A DNA stretch of 64,000 nucleotides from Eledone cirrhosa. Its lineage: Eukaryota. This document shows positions 31,276 through 44,596 of this stretch, piece by piece; positions within the stretch are counted from its first letter, which is position 1, and each line of letters starts with the position of its first letter. Made by a program: the position numbers and the translations under genes. The notes under the pieces were generated by a model. The model was not told the origin of the DNA. It saw only the letters and a program-made list of their open reading frames with translations, and made no database searches. The DNA lies in the NCBI GenBank assembly GCA_964016885.1, contig OZ024746.1, positions 79,484,001 through 79,548,000 of the forward strand, given 5' to 3'.

Positions 31276-31424
31276 ATTTGTGTGTGTTTGTGTGACTCTG
31301 CCTGAGCGAGAGAAATAGATAGATACAAACATCCATATACATATGCAAACACCTACATTCACTAACAGACACCCCCCCCCCCCTCAGACATACACACATT
31401 ACACATGCATAAATATATATATAT

Positions 31425-31480
<56 letters not shown>

Positions 31481-31593
31481 TTATTATACATATATATATA
31501 TACATATATATTTATACATATATATATATATATACATACATACTTATATATATATATATATAAGTATGTATGTATGTATATACATATATATAA

Positions 31594-31710
<117 letters not shown>

Positions 31711-31730
31711 CATATATATATACATACATA

Positions 31731-31804
<74 letters not shown>

Positions 31805-32315
31805 TGGCGGAAACGTGAACCGACAGATCTTATGGAAAGGGAAAAGATTATCATCTCATGATATTTCAATAATTTCCCAGACCGTCAGAGAAAAAGAGAG
31901 TGAGAAGGAAAGAACGAAGAAGGGAGAAAGAAAGAAGGAGAGGGAGCAGCGAGATGAGTGATAGAGAAAGGGAGAAGTGAGAAAGAGAGAAGTGAGACTT
32001 AAACAATAACAGCAGCCACGACAACAACATTAATAGCTATTAGTATATGTCTTTATTTCTCCAGAAACGGGTGAGAATGGGGTGAGTATGTTGGAATAGA
32101 GACAGAGAGAAAGTGAGAGGGTGAGAAATAGAAGAAGAGAGGGGGTAAAGATGGAAAGAGAGAGGAGGAGAGATAGAAAAAAAGTGGTGAGGTGAATGAG
32201 CGAAGAGAAAGAATGAAAGTACGACAGATGTGGACGAAATTGTCTTAAAGAAGAACAACGACCTCAACATCAGCAACAATAAAACATTAATGATTATTAT
32301 ATTATTTCTGTATAG

Positions 32316-32508
32316 GGCGGTGTATTGGCAGTATCGGTAGAGGGTCAGACGCCATGCTTCGCAGCATAGAGTTACGGTCCTTTATGGTATGAGTTCAAAT
32401 CTCGCCGAGGTTAACTTTAGCTTTAATCCTTACGGCGTCGATGAAATAAAGTACCAGTAATGCACTGGAATAATTACTGGCCTTGTGCCAAAAGTAGAAA
32501 CAATTATA
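32316..32508 (+). mobile_element. SINE family A, full length
   Basis: ggcggtgtattggcagtatcggtag..gagttcaaatc..gtaccagtaatgcactgg..gccttgtgccaaaagtagaaacaattat. Confidence 0.9.
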
Positions 32509-32819
32509 TTATTTCTGTATTGGGCAGATTTGTTGCATTACAAAGAGCGACATAAAAGACAGTCGACCGTTATATCGACGAAACAGAAACGAAAAGAAAA
32601 GTTTTAACAGCAGATAATATTAACTGTAATGAAATAAGTGCATGATGATTTTCAAAAATACCTTCAATAAAAAGCTTTAATTCTTTTCTCATATAAAGTA
32701 GCACTTTTCAAACAAACATACGTCCCCCACATACACACATCTCTCTCTCTCTATCTCTCTCTCTATCAATCTATCTTTATATATTTGTATGTATATATAT
32801 ATATATGTGTGTGTGTATG

Positions 32820-33171
32820 GTCTGGATAACCAACGATGTTTGTTCGACTTCCGTCAAGCATAAGTAGTGAAAGAGTCACTTGCTGGGAAGAAAAACTTAG
32901 CAACCGCTCATCTGTAACAACAATGGAGTTAAAGGACATCGATACACTACCCCCTAAAGCAGATACAAAAGTCAATCTTGGAAAATGGGGATATTTAAAT
33001 GATGGAGAAGTTGTGTGTGACTGCGGCATCGAACCACAGACTACGCAGCACCCCGTGATATGCCCCCTGCTGGAATGCCCCTGCATAACATTTGACTTGG
33101 CAGAGTGTAATGAGAAACAACAGCAATGTGTTCTTGCACCTATATATAGTGGAAGAAAATTGCGTCCGTAG
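32820..33171 (+). mobile_element. 3' fragment of an RTEX-like LINE
   Basis: NLGKWGY..CDCG.EPQT.QH...CP....C...DL C-terminal Zn-finger pattern. Confidence 0.7.
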
Positions 33172-33189
33172 GTGGTATGCCGGGTGAGC

Positions 33190-33700
33190 ACTCGATGCTG
33201 ACGCAGAGCAGGGTATAATACTGTAAGAATAAAGGAAGAAGGAGTCAGTGTTGCATCATAGCATATTAAATAATATATTACATATGTTTCACTGTCGATC
33301 AACTCGAATAACGATCTATTATTGATCGAACCAGACTCTAGAATCGAAAGATCCTCAGATATGCCTCGGTATGTAAGCTCGTCTGACAAATATTTCCAAG
33401 TTTATATCTCTTACTCTGTTAAGTCTCAAAAGTGCTTCGAGAGAAACGTTGCATTCAATTTGAATGAGTCTGTATCTAGAGTTGAACGACTGGCATATTG
33501 CTATGATATAGTTTTTGTCGACTTGCTCCTTTTGCAGTATTGTTGTGTTTTAGGCAATTTCTATCTAACGGGCATAGTTATCAAAGCATCGAATTTTGGT
33601 TGTGGTCAGTGGTCTTTTAGGTAATTGGTTATTTATAGTCTGGATGATGATCCAAGTTAGTACTTAGATGGATGTCAGTTTGGGAAACTTAGGCTCTGTA
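33190..33700 (-). mobile_element. Decayed Penelope-like element 3' region
   Basis: CPLDRNCL at 33551-33574 (cf. CPLGNNCL near 60688) lies upstream of an HHR on the same strand. Boundaries are approximate. Confidence 0.55.
33275..33362 (-). ncRNA. Hammerhead ribozyme motif with long stem II
   Basis: atat CTGAGGA tCTtTCGAT..ATCGAcAGt GAAAC ATAT GTA atat. Confidence 0.7.
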
Positions 33701-34077
33701 ACTAAAAAAAACCCCAAAAAACAGGATAGGTCTCATTGGCAGAGGCGTTCGAGAGTCGGATAGTTTACAACCCACCAAGCCACCCACAAATATTGTAATA
33801 AACTTAAACAGCCAAGTAAAGTGTCAAGAATATTCAAATTGTATTGTACTTGTTCTATGTATAAGTATGATATTAAAACATGAGACTCCACAAATAGGAT
33901 TTAATTGTCCGATTTTCCCCCGCCAAAGGTTCGTATAGCTTATCAGATAACCCATGGAGTAAAAGGTGATGGAATGGATCTCGAAAGGTCGATGCGATAT
34001 GGTTACAAGAGAGTTTACTATTTCAACACGTAAATCAACAGTAAAAAGATAAGGGTCCCGAAGTAAATATATAGAAA

Positions 34078-34193
<116 letters not shown>

Positions 34194-35014
34194 ATTTAAC
34201 TGTGAATATAATTGCGAACCTAATATAACTGTGTAAAAATTGCCTCCTGTTTTTGTTTGTTTCATTTATTAACTATATATATATATACTGGCACACGTTT
34301 ACACACACATAAACACGGACATATATATATATATATCCCACTCTCTCTTTCCATCTCTCTTTCACTCCCTCTGTTTCTATGTCTGTCTGTATATATGTAT
34401 GTATGTATGTTTGTTTGTTTGTTTGTTTGTTTGTTTGTTTGTTTGTTTCTATGTATGCACGCGCACATAGAAATACTCGGTTTGATGTCTGAGCGCGCGG
34501 TTAGCCCACCGGATAGCAGAGGCCCCCTAGGTTTTGTTAGAACATTATTCTAGGAGAAGGAAAGCTTCGATGTAAAACTTGCGCCTCAATGCTAACCAAT
34601 TATGTTCACAAAACAGTTATAGCACATTAGTATAAGGGATAACAAAGTTGGAAAGTATTATTAATGTTTCCTTTAATCGAAGATAGATGTAAATTTAAAA
34701 GGGTGTGTTTGGGTGAGATAAGAGAAAAAGAAAGGGAAAAACAGAAACACAAATGAGATAGAAGGAAACACATGTAGTTGCCTGTCAGATATGCATGATG
34801 CATGATAGGTTTCTTACAATTTCCATCGACCAAATTCCTCTGAAAACGTAATGGTCAACGCAAGGATAAATTAGATGACATACATATTTAAGATGACGCG
34901 AGTTGAGATCAAACTAGGATTCCATAGTGAAAGCGCGTAATCTAGTTGTTAGGGGGTTGAACTCAAAATAGTAAGTTCACAGATTCGATTTTGGGACTGG
35001 GTTGTATCTAAGAA

Positions 35015-35590
35015 GAAAATGACGTATTAAACCAAAGAATGAAAACAAACTTGAGATAGATCGGCTAATTACGCCGCTTGGTTTACATCTTTTTAAAGCA
35101 TTCTGTTAATATAAGATTAAACAGTGCTTGGAGCATCACTTCTTTTCTTGCTGTTTTTCACTGAAGGATTGTAGCCCCTATCATCAAAACATCCCCGAAA
35201 ACATTCTATGAGATGTATGCAGCCTAGTAGAAAGCCAGCTAAGCATATTTACATAGGCATGAGCTGTAGATTTCACGTTTCATTCGTCATAGTTGCAAAG
35301 AGAACAGCCTCACCAGAGAGCCATAGGATATTAACGCCCTGATTTATGCTAGGTCTTCGTGAATTATATAGCTGAGCTGGGGCTAAACAACAACGAAACC
35401 AATGACGACGACGACGATGGCATCAACAAGTACAGTAGCTTTCATTGAAAAAAAAAAAAATTATGTAAGAAAAAAATGATGTATCAAACCAAAGAATGAA
35501 AAAAACTTGAGATAGATCGGCTAATTACGCCGCTTGGTTTACAACTTTTTAAAGCATTCTGTTAATATAAGATTAAACAATGCTTGAAAC
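35015..35590 (+). repeat. ~120-bp direct repeat at 457-bp period
   Basis: aaaccaaagaatgaaa..cttgagatagatcggctaattacgccgcttggtttac..aagattaaaca at ~35029 and ~35486. Confidence 0.88.
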
Positions 35591-35689
35591 AATCCTTAAC
35601 AACAAACATCACTTCATTCAACACATCCTCAACCCCATCATCCCTATAATGGCTTCCATAGCAAACCGTAACCAAAAAAAAACCCCAAA

Positions 35690-36274
35690 AAACTACTGCC
35701 ACCACTGCCACCACTATCATCACCATATCCACCATCACCATACCACAACTACCACCAAGAACAAGAAGTGCAATCACCAGCGCCAGCACCAGCAACATCA
35801 CCACAAGCACAACCCCATCCCACCATAACTACAAACACAACTACCAGCGTCAGCAACATCATCCTCCTCCCTATCACCACCACTATCATCACAACCGCCA
35901 GCAACTACAACACAAACAATAACCACTAACAACTGAACCGCTAAACAACCCCACCACAACTATAACGCCAACCACCACCACCACCACCACCACCACAACC
36001 ATAAGCACCAGCATCATATATCCACCAACAATATGAATAACAACGCTCAGCAACAACACCACTACATCTCCAGTAACACACCATCTCTACCATCACCATC
36101 ATCCTTACCCTTACCCCACCTCTCCCGGCAAGACCACCACCACAACCACGACCACGAACACCATCACCACCATCACCACCACTACCAACAACAACACCAC
36201 CACCACCATCATCACCACCACCAACAACAACAACAACAACACCACCACCACCAATAGTAACACACCACCTCTAC

Positions 36275-36312
<38 letters not shown>

Positions 36313-37372
36313 GTTAAACAACAACACAACTAACCTTACCCCACCTCTCGCAACAAGAAAACCACCACCACCGCCACCACAACCAACACCAACAACAACA
36401 CCACCACCACCAACACCACCACCGTCACCACCATCACCAACAACAACGCCACCACCAATAGTAACACACCACCTCTACCATCACCATCATCATCATCATC
36501 AGTTAAACAAATAACACCAACAACTGTAAGCAACACCACCACCATCACCACCACCACCATCAACACCACCAATATCCCCAAAACCACCATCCCCACCACC
36601 ACCACCACCAGTAACACACCACCTCTACCATCACCACCATCATCATCAGTTAAACAATAACACCAACAACTGTAAGCAACACCACCACCATCAACACCAC
36701 CACCATCAACACCACCACCATCCCCACCACCACCACCAGTAACACATCACCTCTACCATCACCATCATCATCATCAGTTAAACAATAACACCAACAACTG
36801 TAAGCAACACCACCACCATCAACACCACCACCATCCCCACCACCACCACCAGTAACACACCACCTCTACCATCACCACCATCATCATCAGTTAAACAAAT
36901 AACACCAACAACTGTAAGCAACACCACCACCATCAACACCACCACCACCACCAGTAACACACCACCTCTACCATCACCACCATCATCATCAGTTAAACAA
37001 ATAACACCAACAACTGTAAGCAACACCACCACCATCAACACCACCACCATCAACACCACCACCATCCCCACCACCACCACCAGTAACACACCACCTCTAC
37101 CATCACCACCATCATCATCAGTTAAACAATAACACCAACAACTGTAAGCAACACCACCACCATCAACACCACCACCATCAACACCACCACCACCACCAGT
37201 AACACATCACCTCTACCATCACCATCATCATCATCAGTTAAACAATAACACCACCACCATCAACACCACCACCATCAACACCACCACCATCCCCACCACC
37301 ACCACCAGTAACACATCACCTCTACCATCACCATCATCATCAACAGTTAAATAACAACAACAACTGTAAGCA
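35690..37372 (+). repeat. CAC/CAT-based minisatellite with ~120-bp higher-order units
   Basis: Recurring agtaacacaccacctctaccatcac..cagttaaacaataacaccaacaactgtaagcaac blocks. Confidence 0.92.
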
Positions 37373-37838
37373 AATACCAGTTTAGTTTAATATTTTCTTG
37401 TTTGACACATTATCTGTAGTTAATGGTTCAACTATTTACAGGGCATTATCGACTTAATTCATAGACTTCGCTGCATCCATGTTTATTAATCTTTGGGTAT
37501 GTTATATATCGATTTTGAGTATAAAGAAAAGAAGAAATATAATAAGATAAAGTAAAATGTATAATGAGAAAAATCAAACGGCAAAAAATATATCGAAAAA
37601 AAAAAGGAAATAAACTCAAAAAGCAAGCCTAAAATAAAGGAGAATTCTTCTTTCATGTTTTCTATTTGATAATGTTTTGTGTAAGTAGGTATCTTTTTTT
37701 TTTTTTTACTATACATACACATACACACGTTCAGAAATACACACATACTACATACACGTATATATATGTGTATGTATGTATGTATGTATGTATGTATGTA
37801 TGTATGTATGTATGTATGTATGTATGTATGTATGTATG

Positions 37839-37923
<85 letters not shown>

Positions 37924-37951
37924 GTGTATATAAGTATATATGTATGTATAT

Positions 37952-37990
<39 letters not shown>

Positions 37991-37991
37991 A

Positions 37992-38052
<61 letters not shown>

Positions 38053-38110
38053 TATATGTATATAAGTATATATGTATATATATATATGTATGTATGATAT
38101 ATATATATGT

Positions 38111-38148
<38 letters not shown>

Positions 38149-38226
38149 ATATATACATATGTAAATATAATATATACACACATATATATATATATATATA
38201 TACTTATATGTGTGTATGCATATATA

Positions 38227-38311
<85 letters not shown>

Positions 38312-38838
38312 GTGAATAAATCTACACACATACAAACACATATATGCATACATGTTTATATACAGTTTTCGTATCTATATATATGCATTGTTAGGTATAC
38401 TTGTGTAGGAATATAAAGCTACAAAATTTGCGTATCACGACACATATCTTTCAAATATATGTGTTGTTATACATGCATACACAGTTACATATGAAAGCAA
38501 ATATATATATGTATATATACATGTGCACAACGCATATACATACACTCACACTCATGTACCTATATATACAAGTGAAATTTTTTTTGGCACTCCTCTCACA
38601 CACACACACATACATACTACTCATGATATTAATGCGTTTAGATATAAATATATAAATCTATGTACCTATTTAATTACACCATGTAAATTTTCCATACATT
38701 GACTGATAACATATTTTAAGCACCGTATGCATAAATATGGGAAATGTACACATGCATATGTAAATGCGCATACACATACACGCATACATATAAATAAGCA
38801 TACATTCGCACACGCATGTATAAATACGCATATTTATT

Positions 38839-38927
<89 letters not shown>

Positions 38928-39049
38928 TATACACTATACCTGAAAATATGATGGATGCTCGTTGCAGGAATGTCTTTGATTATACATTTTATTAGTCAGT
39001 GTTAATCTTTGGCTAAATAATAAACATAAAAACAACATATTTTCTCATT

Positions 39050-40335
39050 CATTGATGGACAAAACTCCTAAAGCAGGTTGATTAAGACGGTCAACACCTC
39101 ACATCTTATTTTCGGCTTTAGATTGCCCAGGAACACGTTATAAAATATGTCCTTCCTTTTTCTGTGGGTGGAGGTTATAGAGTTCTCTAACGCTGAAAGC
39201 GCTCATCCCATGACCGCACAAAAGGCTGTCAGCTTTCTTGATATTATTGTTGGTTGACTTGGTCTTTCCACTCAGCCATCGAAATGTGCTATAGAGTGTG
39301 CGGTACTCGTGCTGGAACGCGGCCTCCTCGAGATCAGTTGTCATCTTATGCCATTACTTTTCCCTTTCTGTTTTCATTTTCTAGCGGACTTTAATTCTCA
39401 GTGTTAGTCGAAGTCGACCAGCCTTACATTCCTATGTTTTTCCAAGTTGTCCAGGCACTCGTCTGACGGATTTCGCCATGTGAGCTGATGTTTCAGAGGA
39501 TGTTGGAAGTGGGTATTCTTCGATGATCAGGTTGTTAGTTGCGGCGAATGATAGAAAACGGAGCACATTGTCGTTGGTCTCTCCATGCCCAAAATTGCCC
39601 ATGTTAGTCTCCCAACCAGAGCTGTCCAAACAAACGTGGGCTTTGATGTAACCAGCGAGGGTGGTCATTACCGTTTGTGGAATCGGGTCCAGTCTATGTT
39701 GTAGTTGATCGTAGAAATCATCCTTAGTGGTATCTAAGCCGATCTCCGTCGGCGCGTTGGCAGAGATGTTATGCGTTTTCATTGTTCCATTGATGGTGAG
39801 GACCAGCAGGCGATCGGACACTGGTTGAAATATGATGACACTGTGTGAAGCCCCTTACTCAACCATGAATCCGATCCCGGTTTCATGCTTGTCACCACTA
39901 GAATAGTAAAGTGTTAACTGTGTGACGTGGGCGGACGGGTTGATGACCATTGTTCCCGACCCAGTAAGTCACATTTCAGATAGTGCTGCAATCGAAATGC
40001 CACACTTGATAAGTTCTCGGGCGATGATCTCTTTTTAGCCGACTTGATGATCTATTCGAATATTCCAGACAGCCACATAAATGCTTCTCTTCGGCGTGAA
40101 AAGATATTTGGTTTGGTCAGACGTACATTTATCATCAGTATCCTGGGTCCTCAATGCTGATGCATTGGCTGCCCCGGATGCAGAAGCATGAGTAGGTAAA
40201 TTCTGTCCAACACTGCCCATACAGTTTTTGGCCTGGTTTATCCAGTTTCCTGGTTCTGTTTACCTCAACAGGGCAACCACCCTCCTCTTTTTGCAGCCAG
40301 GCTTGGGATCGCCCTTGGTGGAGTTAATCACACCA
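39050..40335 (-). mobile_element. Decayed 5' part (UTR + AP endonuclease) of an RTE-clade LINE
   Basis: VAVWNIR, IAALSE, GIGF, DRL, APT, DDFYDQLQ with stops. The UTR motif cccaagcctgg..gaggagggtgg resembles RTE 5' ends. Confidence 0.8.
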
Positions 40336-41393
40336 CTACAACGAATTTTCTGAAATACGACTACTAGTTTTAAGGTTAACAATCATAACATTGAAATGCA
40401 ATATTTATAATTTTCTCTCTGTTTTTTTTTTTTTTTGCTGTATAGAAGCATGTAATTAACTGTTAAATAAACAAATAAACTAACGAACTAGCCACCGAAA
40501 TAATTAAAAATAACTCAATAACTAACCACCAAACACCTTACTTAATAACATGCAAGGGAGATAATACAATTAATTCATTCTGCAATTAAAATTGAAATAT
40601 GCAAATGAGAGATGGACGCTAAAATTGTCGACACTGTTCATAAGTTAAGCATATGCAATACGTTGAATAGCTGCAATAATATTCAGTATGGTGGCACCGT
40701 TAAGGCTAACAGATCAGCTTCTAGGGTTAAATGATAATTCAAGGAATTTAATAAAAATATTTCTTCGAAATGCCAGGTTGCGGTCTCGGGGTCAGCGTTG
40801 CTACGCTGTCTTTTTCCTTGTTGAACACGTTTTTCTTGTGACATGGCCAGATGCACGCTGGTTTGCATATCCGTGCTTTGCAATTTCTAAGCAACTCCTG
40901 TACCGGACCAAGCAATATCTTAACCTCCACCACCCACCACTCTTCTTCTTCTTCTTCTTCTTCTTCTTCTTCTTCTTCTTCTTCTTCTTCTTCTTCTTCT
41001 TCTTCTTCTTCTTCTTCTTCTTCTTCTTCTTCTTCTTCTTCTTCTTCTTCTTCTTCTTCTTCTTCTTCTTCTTCTTCTTCTTCGCCGAGTAGTTTAATAA
41101 AAGTGTTGAGAGAGAAGGTGGTAGTGTTGGTGTTGGTTTGGCGATTTAAAACCGTGACTGGCATACGTAACAACTGTTTCTGTTAAAAACAATATTAGTC
41201 CAGACATGTCATGTTGTCTGTTCGTTTCTATATTTTCTTGTAGTGCATCAGTTTAACCCCTTTTCACTTTTCTACAAGATGTTTGGCGACGCCAGAGGAC
41301 GGCACTGAAGCTAGTGCTGCTGTAAGCAGGGAGAAAGAGAGAGAAGTGGAGAAGGATAGTAACCGGATAGTATATATATATATACATATACAT

Positions 41394-41506
<113 letters not shown>

Positions 41507-41524
41507 TGTATATATATATGATAT

Positions 41525-41560
<36 letters not shown>

Positions 41561-41624
41561 ATATATAATATATGATATTGTATATATATATACATATATA
41601 TATATAATATATAATATATGATAT

Positions 41625-41663
<39 letters not shown>

Positions 41664-41666
41664 GTA

Positions 41667-41801
<135 letters not shown>

Positions 41802-42205
41802 ATGGCGGTGTAACTGGAAAGAGAAGAAGAATTTTAATTATTGAAAAATGTTTCCTCGCCATCTTCAAGAAAATATCTCATGGGAGAAAAGTGTGGAAAG
41901 AAAAAAAGGTCACGTGCTACGTCGTTACGAATTACAGAAGCTTCATTTGATTCGAATTTTAATTAATGAAAAATGATCTTATTCTTATTCTTATTCTTAT
42001 TCTTATTCTTATTCTTATTCTTATCACCGCCACCATCATCATCCTCCTCATCATCATCATCATTGTCTTCATTATTAACGTCTTTATTATTATTAAAGAA
42101 ATCATCTTTATGATTAAGTTCATATTACTATTATTATTATTATCATTATTAATTATATTATTATTATTACTATTAATATTGTTCTTCTTCTTCTTCTTCT
42201 TCTTC

Positions 42206-42255
<50 letters not shown>

Positions 42256-42470
42256 GAATGCCATGGTTGACGGAGGCTCGGCTCTGTAAGGTATAGTAAT
42301 TTTTAACCGTTAAAACAATTGTAAATTGTTTAAAACTTGAACCAAATTGTTGATAAAGACACCCTCCTCCTCGTGAGAGGGGTCTTTCTGTCTGTTATTT
42401 GGCCCTTCGGGGTTAAATAACCAGTTATTGGGGTTTTGTACCCAAAATTTCATTTTAAACAAAAAACAAC

Positions 42471-44561
42471 ATGGCTACGAAAAAGAAATTTCATACGTCA
42501 CTCCCACTCATTCCGTCTTCTTCTTCCTCAATCATCACTACAGCAGAGAGAAGATTGTCTCTCTCCCTCCCTTCTTTAAATGTGTCTCTCTCCCTCCCTT
42601 CTCTTTCGCAAGTGACGAAAGAAAAGAAAAGTCTCGTGCAAAGCGTGCAAGGTTTCTCCACGACGACGACAGCGACGAAACAGGTGTGCGGGAAATACGA
42701 AAACCCAGTTCATTCGTCTGACGTCAGGAATAATAGCAGTAGCAGCCGTAATAACAACAGCAACAGTGACAATGAAAACAACAGTAGCAGCCGCAACAGC
42801 ATCACCAGCAGCATAAACAACAACAGCATTAGCAGCAGCAACACCAACAACAACCACAGCAACAGCGGCGGAGGCAGTAGTCGTAGTACCTGCAGCAACA
42901 ACAAAAGTACCAGCAGCTCTGACGACAACAACAACAGCAGAGAAAAACCAATCTCATTTGCAGGTATTGCGAAAAACTTGGAAACAATCCTCATAACAAA
43001 TGAGGAATTAGAGGAAGCGAAGAAGATGGTGACAAAGAACGGACACCGAGCAATCTGCAAGGCAGCGGAAAAATTTTTCAAAACCCAAGAGCACTGTACG
43101 GTCACGTACCGTACAGTAAGTACAAAATCCCGTAGGGTGGAAAGAGCCACAGAGGCCCAAATACAAAAAGCCTTGGGGTCTGTGTGGCAGCGGAAAACGC
43201 ACATCACCCGAGGCAAAAAATATGCCACCGTAGACGTACTTTTTGCCACACCCCAGGAGGCAAAGGCCCAATCAGTAGTGACCCTAAGGAGCGAGGAAAT
43301 GGTGTTGGTGCCCTCCTACTGCGGGCAAAAAATTGTGAGGGTCAAACTGACCCACGTCCCACCCGGAATGACCCCTTCTTGGCTGGCCGCGTCTGTCCTC
43401 GTTGAAATCGAGGACAAAACAACTGTACTGCAAGTACAGAAAAAAGTAAGAGAAGATTGGGTCGGCTCCTCCATTGAGATGCTAATCCAAACCAACCAGG
43501 AGTGCATCGAAGCTATCCCGGATGTGATAGACTTCGATAACGGCATTCAACTGCCCATAAGTGTTGAGGGCAAACGCCCGAAATGCTTTCGCTGTGGATC
43601 GAAGACTCACCTCAGGGCCTTCTGCAACGAGAAGACCCTGAGAAAGGAGAAAACCCCCCTCCTTCCGAATCCGGCTCCACGGCTACCGGCAACAGGACAA
43701 GCGGCAACCAGGAACGATAGGTCCGTGGCACCCATACCCACTCCACGGAAATCAAAAACAGCAGCAGCAGTGGAAATATTAACAACAACAACAGCAATAC
43801 CAAATGCAGCTGCAACAGAGACTCCAGTGCAAACATCACCAACAACAAGTGAAAGAGTGGAGCTGGTACCCCTCCCCGACCTCACAGAATCAGACATGGA
43901 GTGTGAGGTGGGAGAGGGATGGCAAAAGGTCGTAAGAAGGCACAAACGCAGAAGCAGCGCATCGTCGCCTTTGAAAAGGGAGGAAAGAAATGAGAAAAGG
44001 GTAAAGTCTACTGCAAAGAGACCCACAGCAGCAACAACACCAACACCATCACCACCCACACTAGCGCCACCATCACCACCGGCGACAACCCCACCGCCAA
44101 CAACACCTTCAACACCACCACCACAAGCACCAACATTGCAAACACAACAACAAAACACACACACCCAGCAACAACGACAAGAAAATAGCAGAACCACACC
44201 CCACCCCCAGAAAAACAAATGCACGGCAATAAATACACACAACAAGAAACTAATGACTTACATAATTGAACACACAGACATTTCACAACAGGACTACATA
44301 ATACCAGCACCAATCAAAACGCCAACTAACATAAGACTGCTAAAAATAGCACAGAAACAATACACAAATATTAAAACGAAATTCCCCAACGCAGTTGGTG
44401 ATTTCAGGGACCTAGGAGGAACCATCAATCGAAGAGTATACTCAGACATTCTCTTAGAAGAGCCGACGACCAGCCGAAGGGACGATTCAACGGTCCCTTC
44501 ACCAGACGATCAAGTGAAAAGGGATGTAAAAACCATCCCTCCTCTACCAAAAGTACGGTAA
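42471..44561 (+). CDS. LINE ORF1p, nucleic-acid-binding protein with a CCHC zinc knuckle
   Basis: 696-aa ORF with CFRCGSKTHLRAFC and low-complexity S/N and P/T tracts. The true start codon is uncertain. Confidence 0.88.
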   Translation: MATKKKFHTSLPLIPSSSSSIITTAERRLSLSLPSLNVSLSLPSLSQVTKEKKSLVQSVQGFSTTTTATKQVCGKYENPVHSSDVRNNSSSSRNNNSNSDNENNSSSRNSITSSINNNSISSSNTNNNHSNSGGGSSRSTCSNNKSTSSSDDNNNSREKPISFAGIAKNLETILITNEELEEAKKMVTKNGHRAICKAAEKFFKTQEHCTVTYRTVSTKSRRVERATEAQIQKALGSVWQRKTHITRGKKYATVDVLFATPQEAKAQSVVTLRSEEMVLVPSYCGQKIVRVKLTHVPPGMTPSWLAASVLVEIEDKTTVLQVQKKVREDWVGSSIEMLIQTNQECIEAIPDVIDFDNGIQLPISVEGKRPKCFRCGSKTHLRAFCNEKTLRKEKTPLLPNPAPRLPATGQAATRNDRSVAPIPTPRKSKTAAAVEILTTTTAIPNAAATETPVQTSPTTSERVELVPLPDLTESDMECEVGEGWQKVVRRHKRRSSASSPLKREERNEKRVKSTAKRPTAATTPTPSPPTLAPPSPPATTPPPTTPSTPPPQAPTLQTQQQNTHTQQQRQENSRTTPHPQKNKCTAINTHNKKLMTYIIEHTDISQQDYIIPAPIKTPTNIRLLKIAQKQYTNIKTKFPNAVGDFRDLGGTINRRVYSDILLEEPTTSRRDDSTVPSPDDQVKRDVKTIPPLPKVR

Positions 44562-44596
44562 GTGGTCTTTCCCATCTTTTCCACTCTATTTTAAAC

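Noticed and set aside
35580-36257. His/Gln-rich ORFs
   Set aside because: They are products of CAC/CAA repeats with no splice or domain support.
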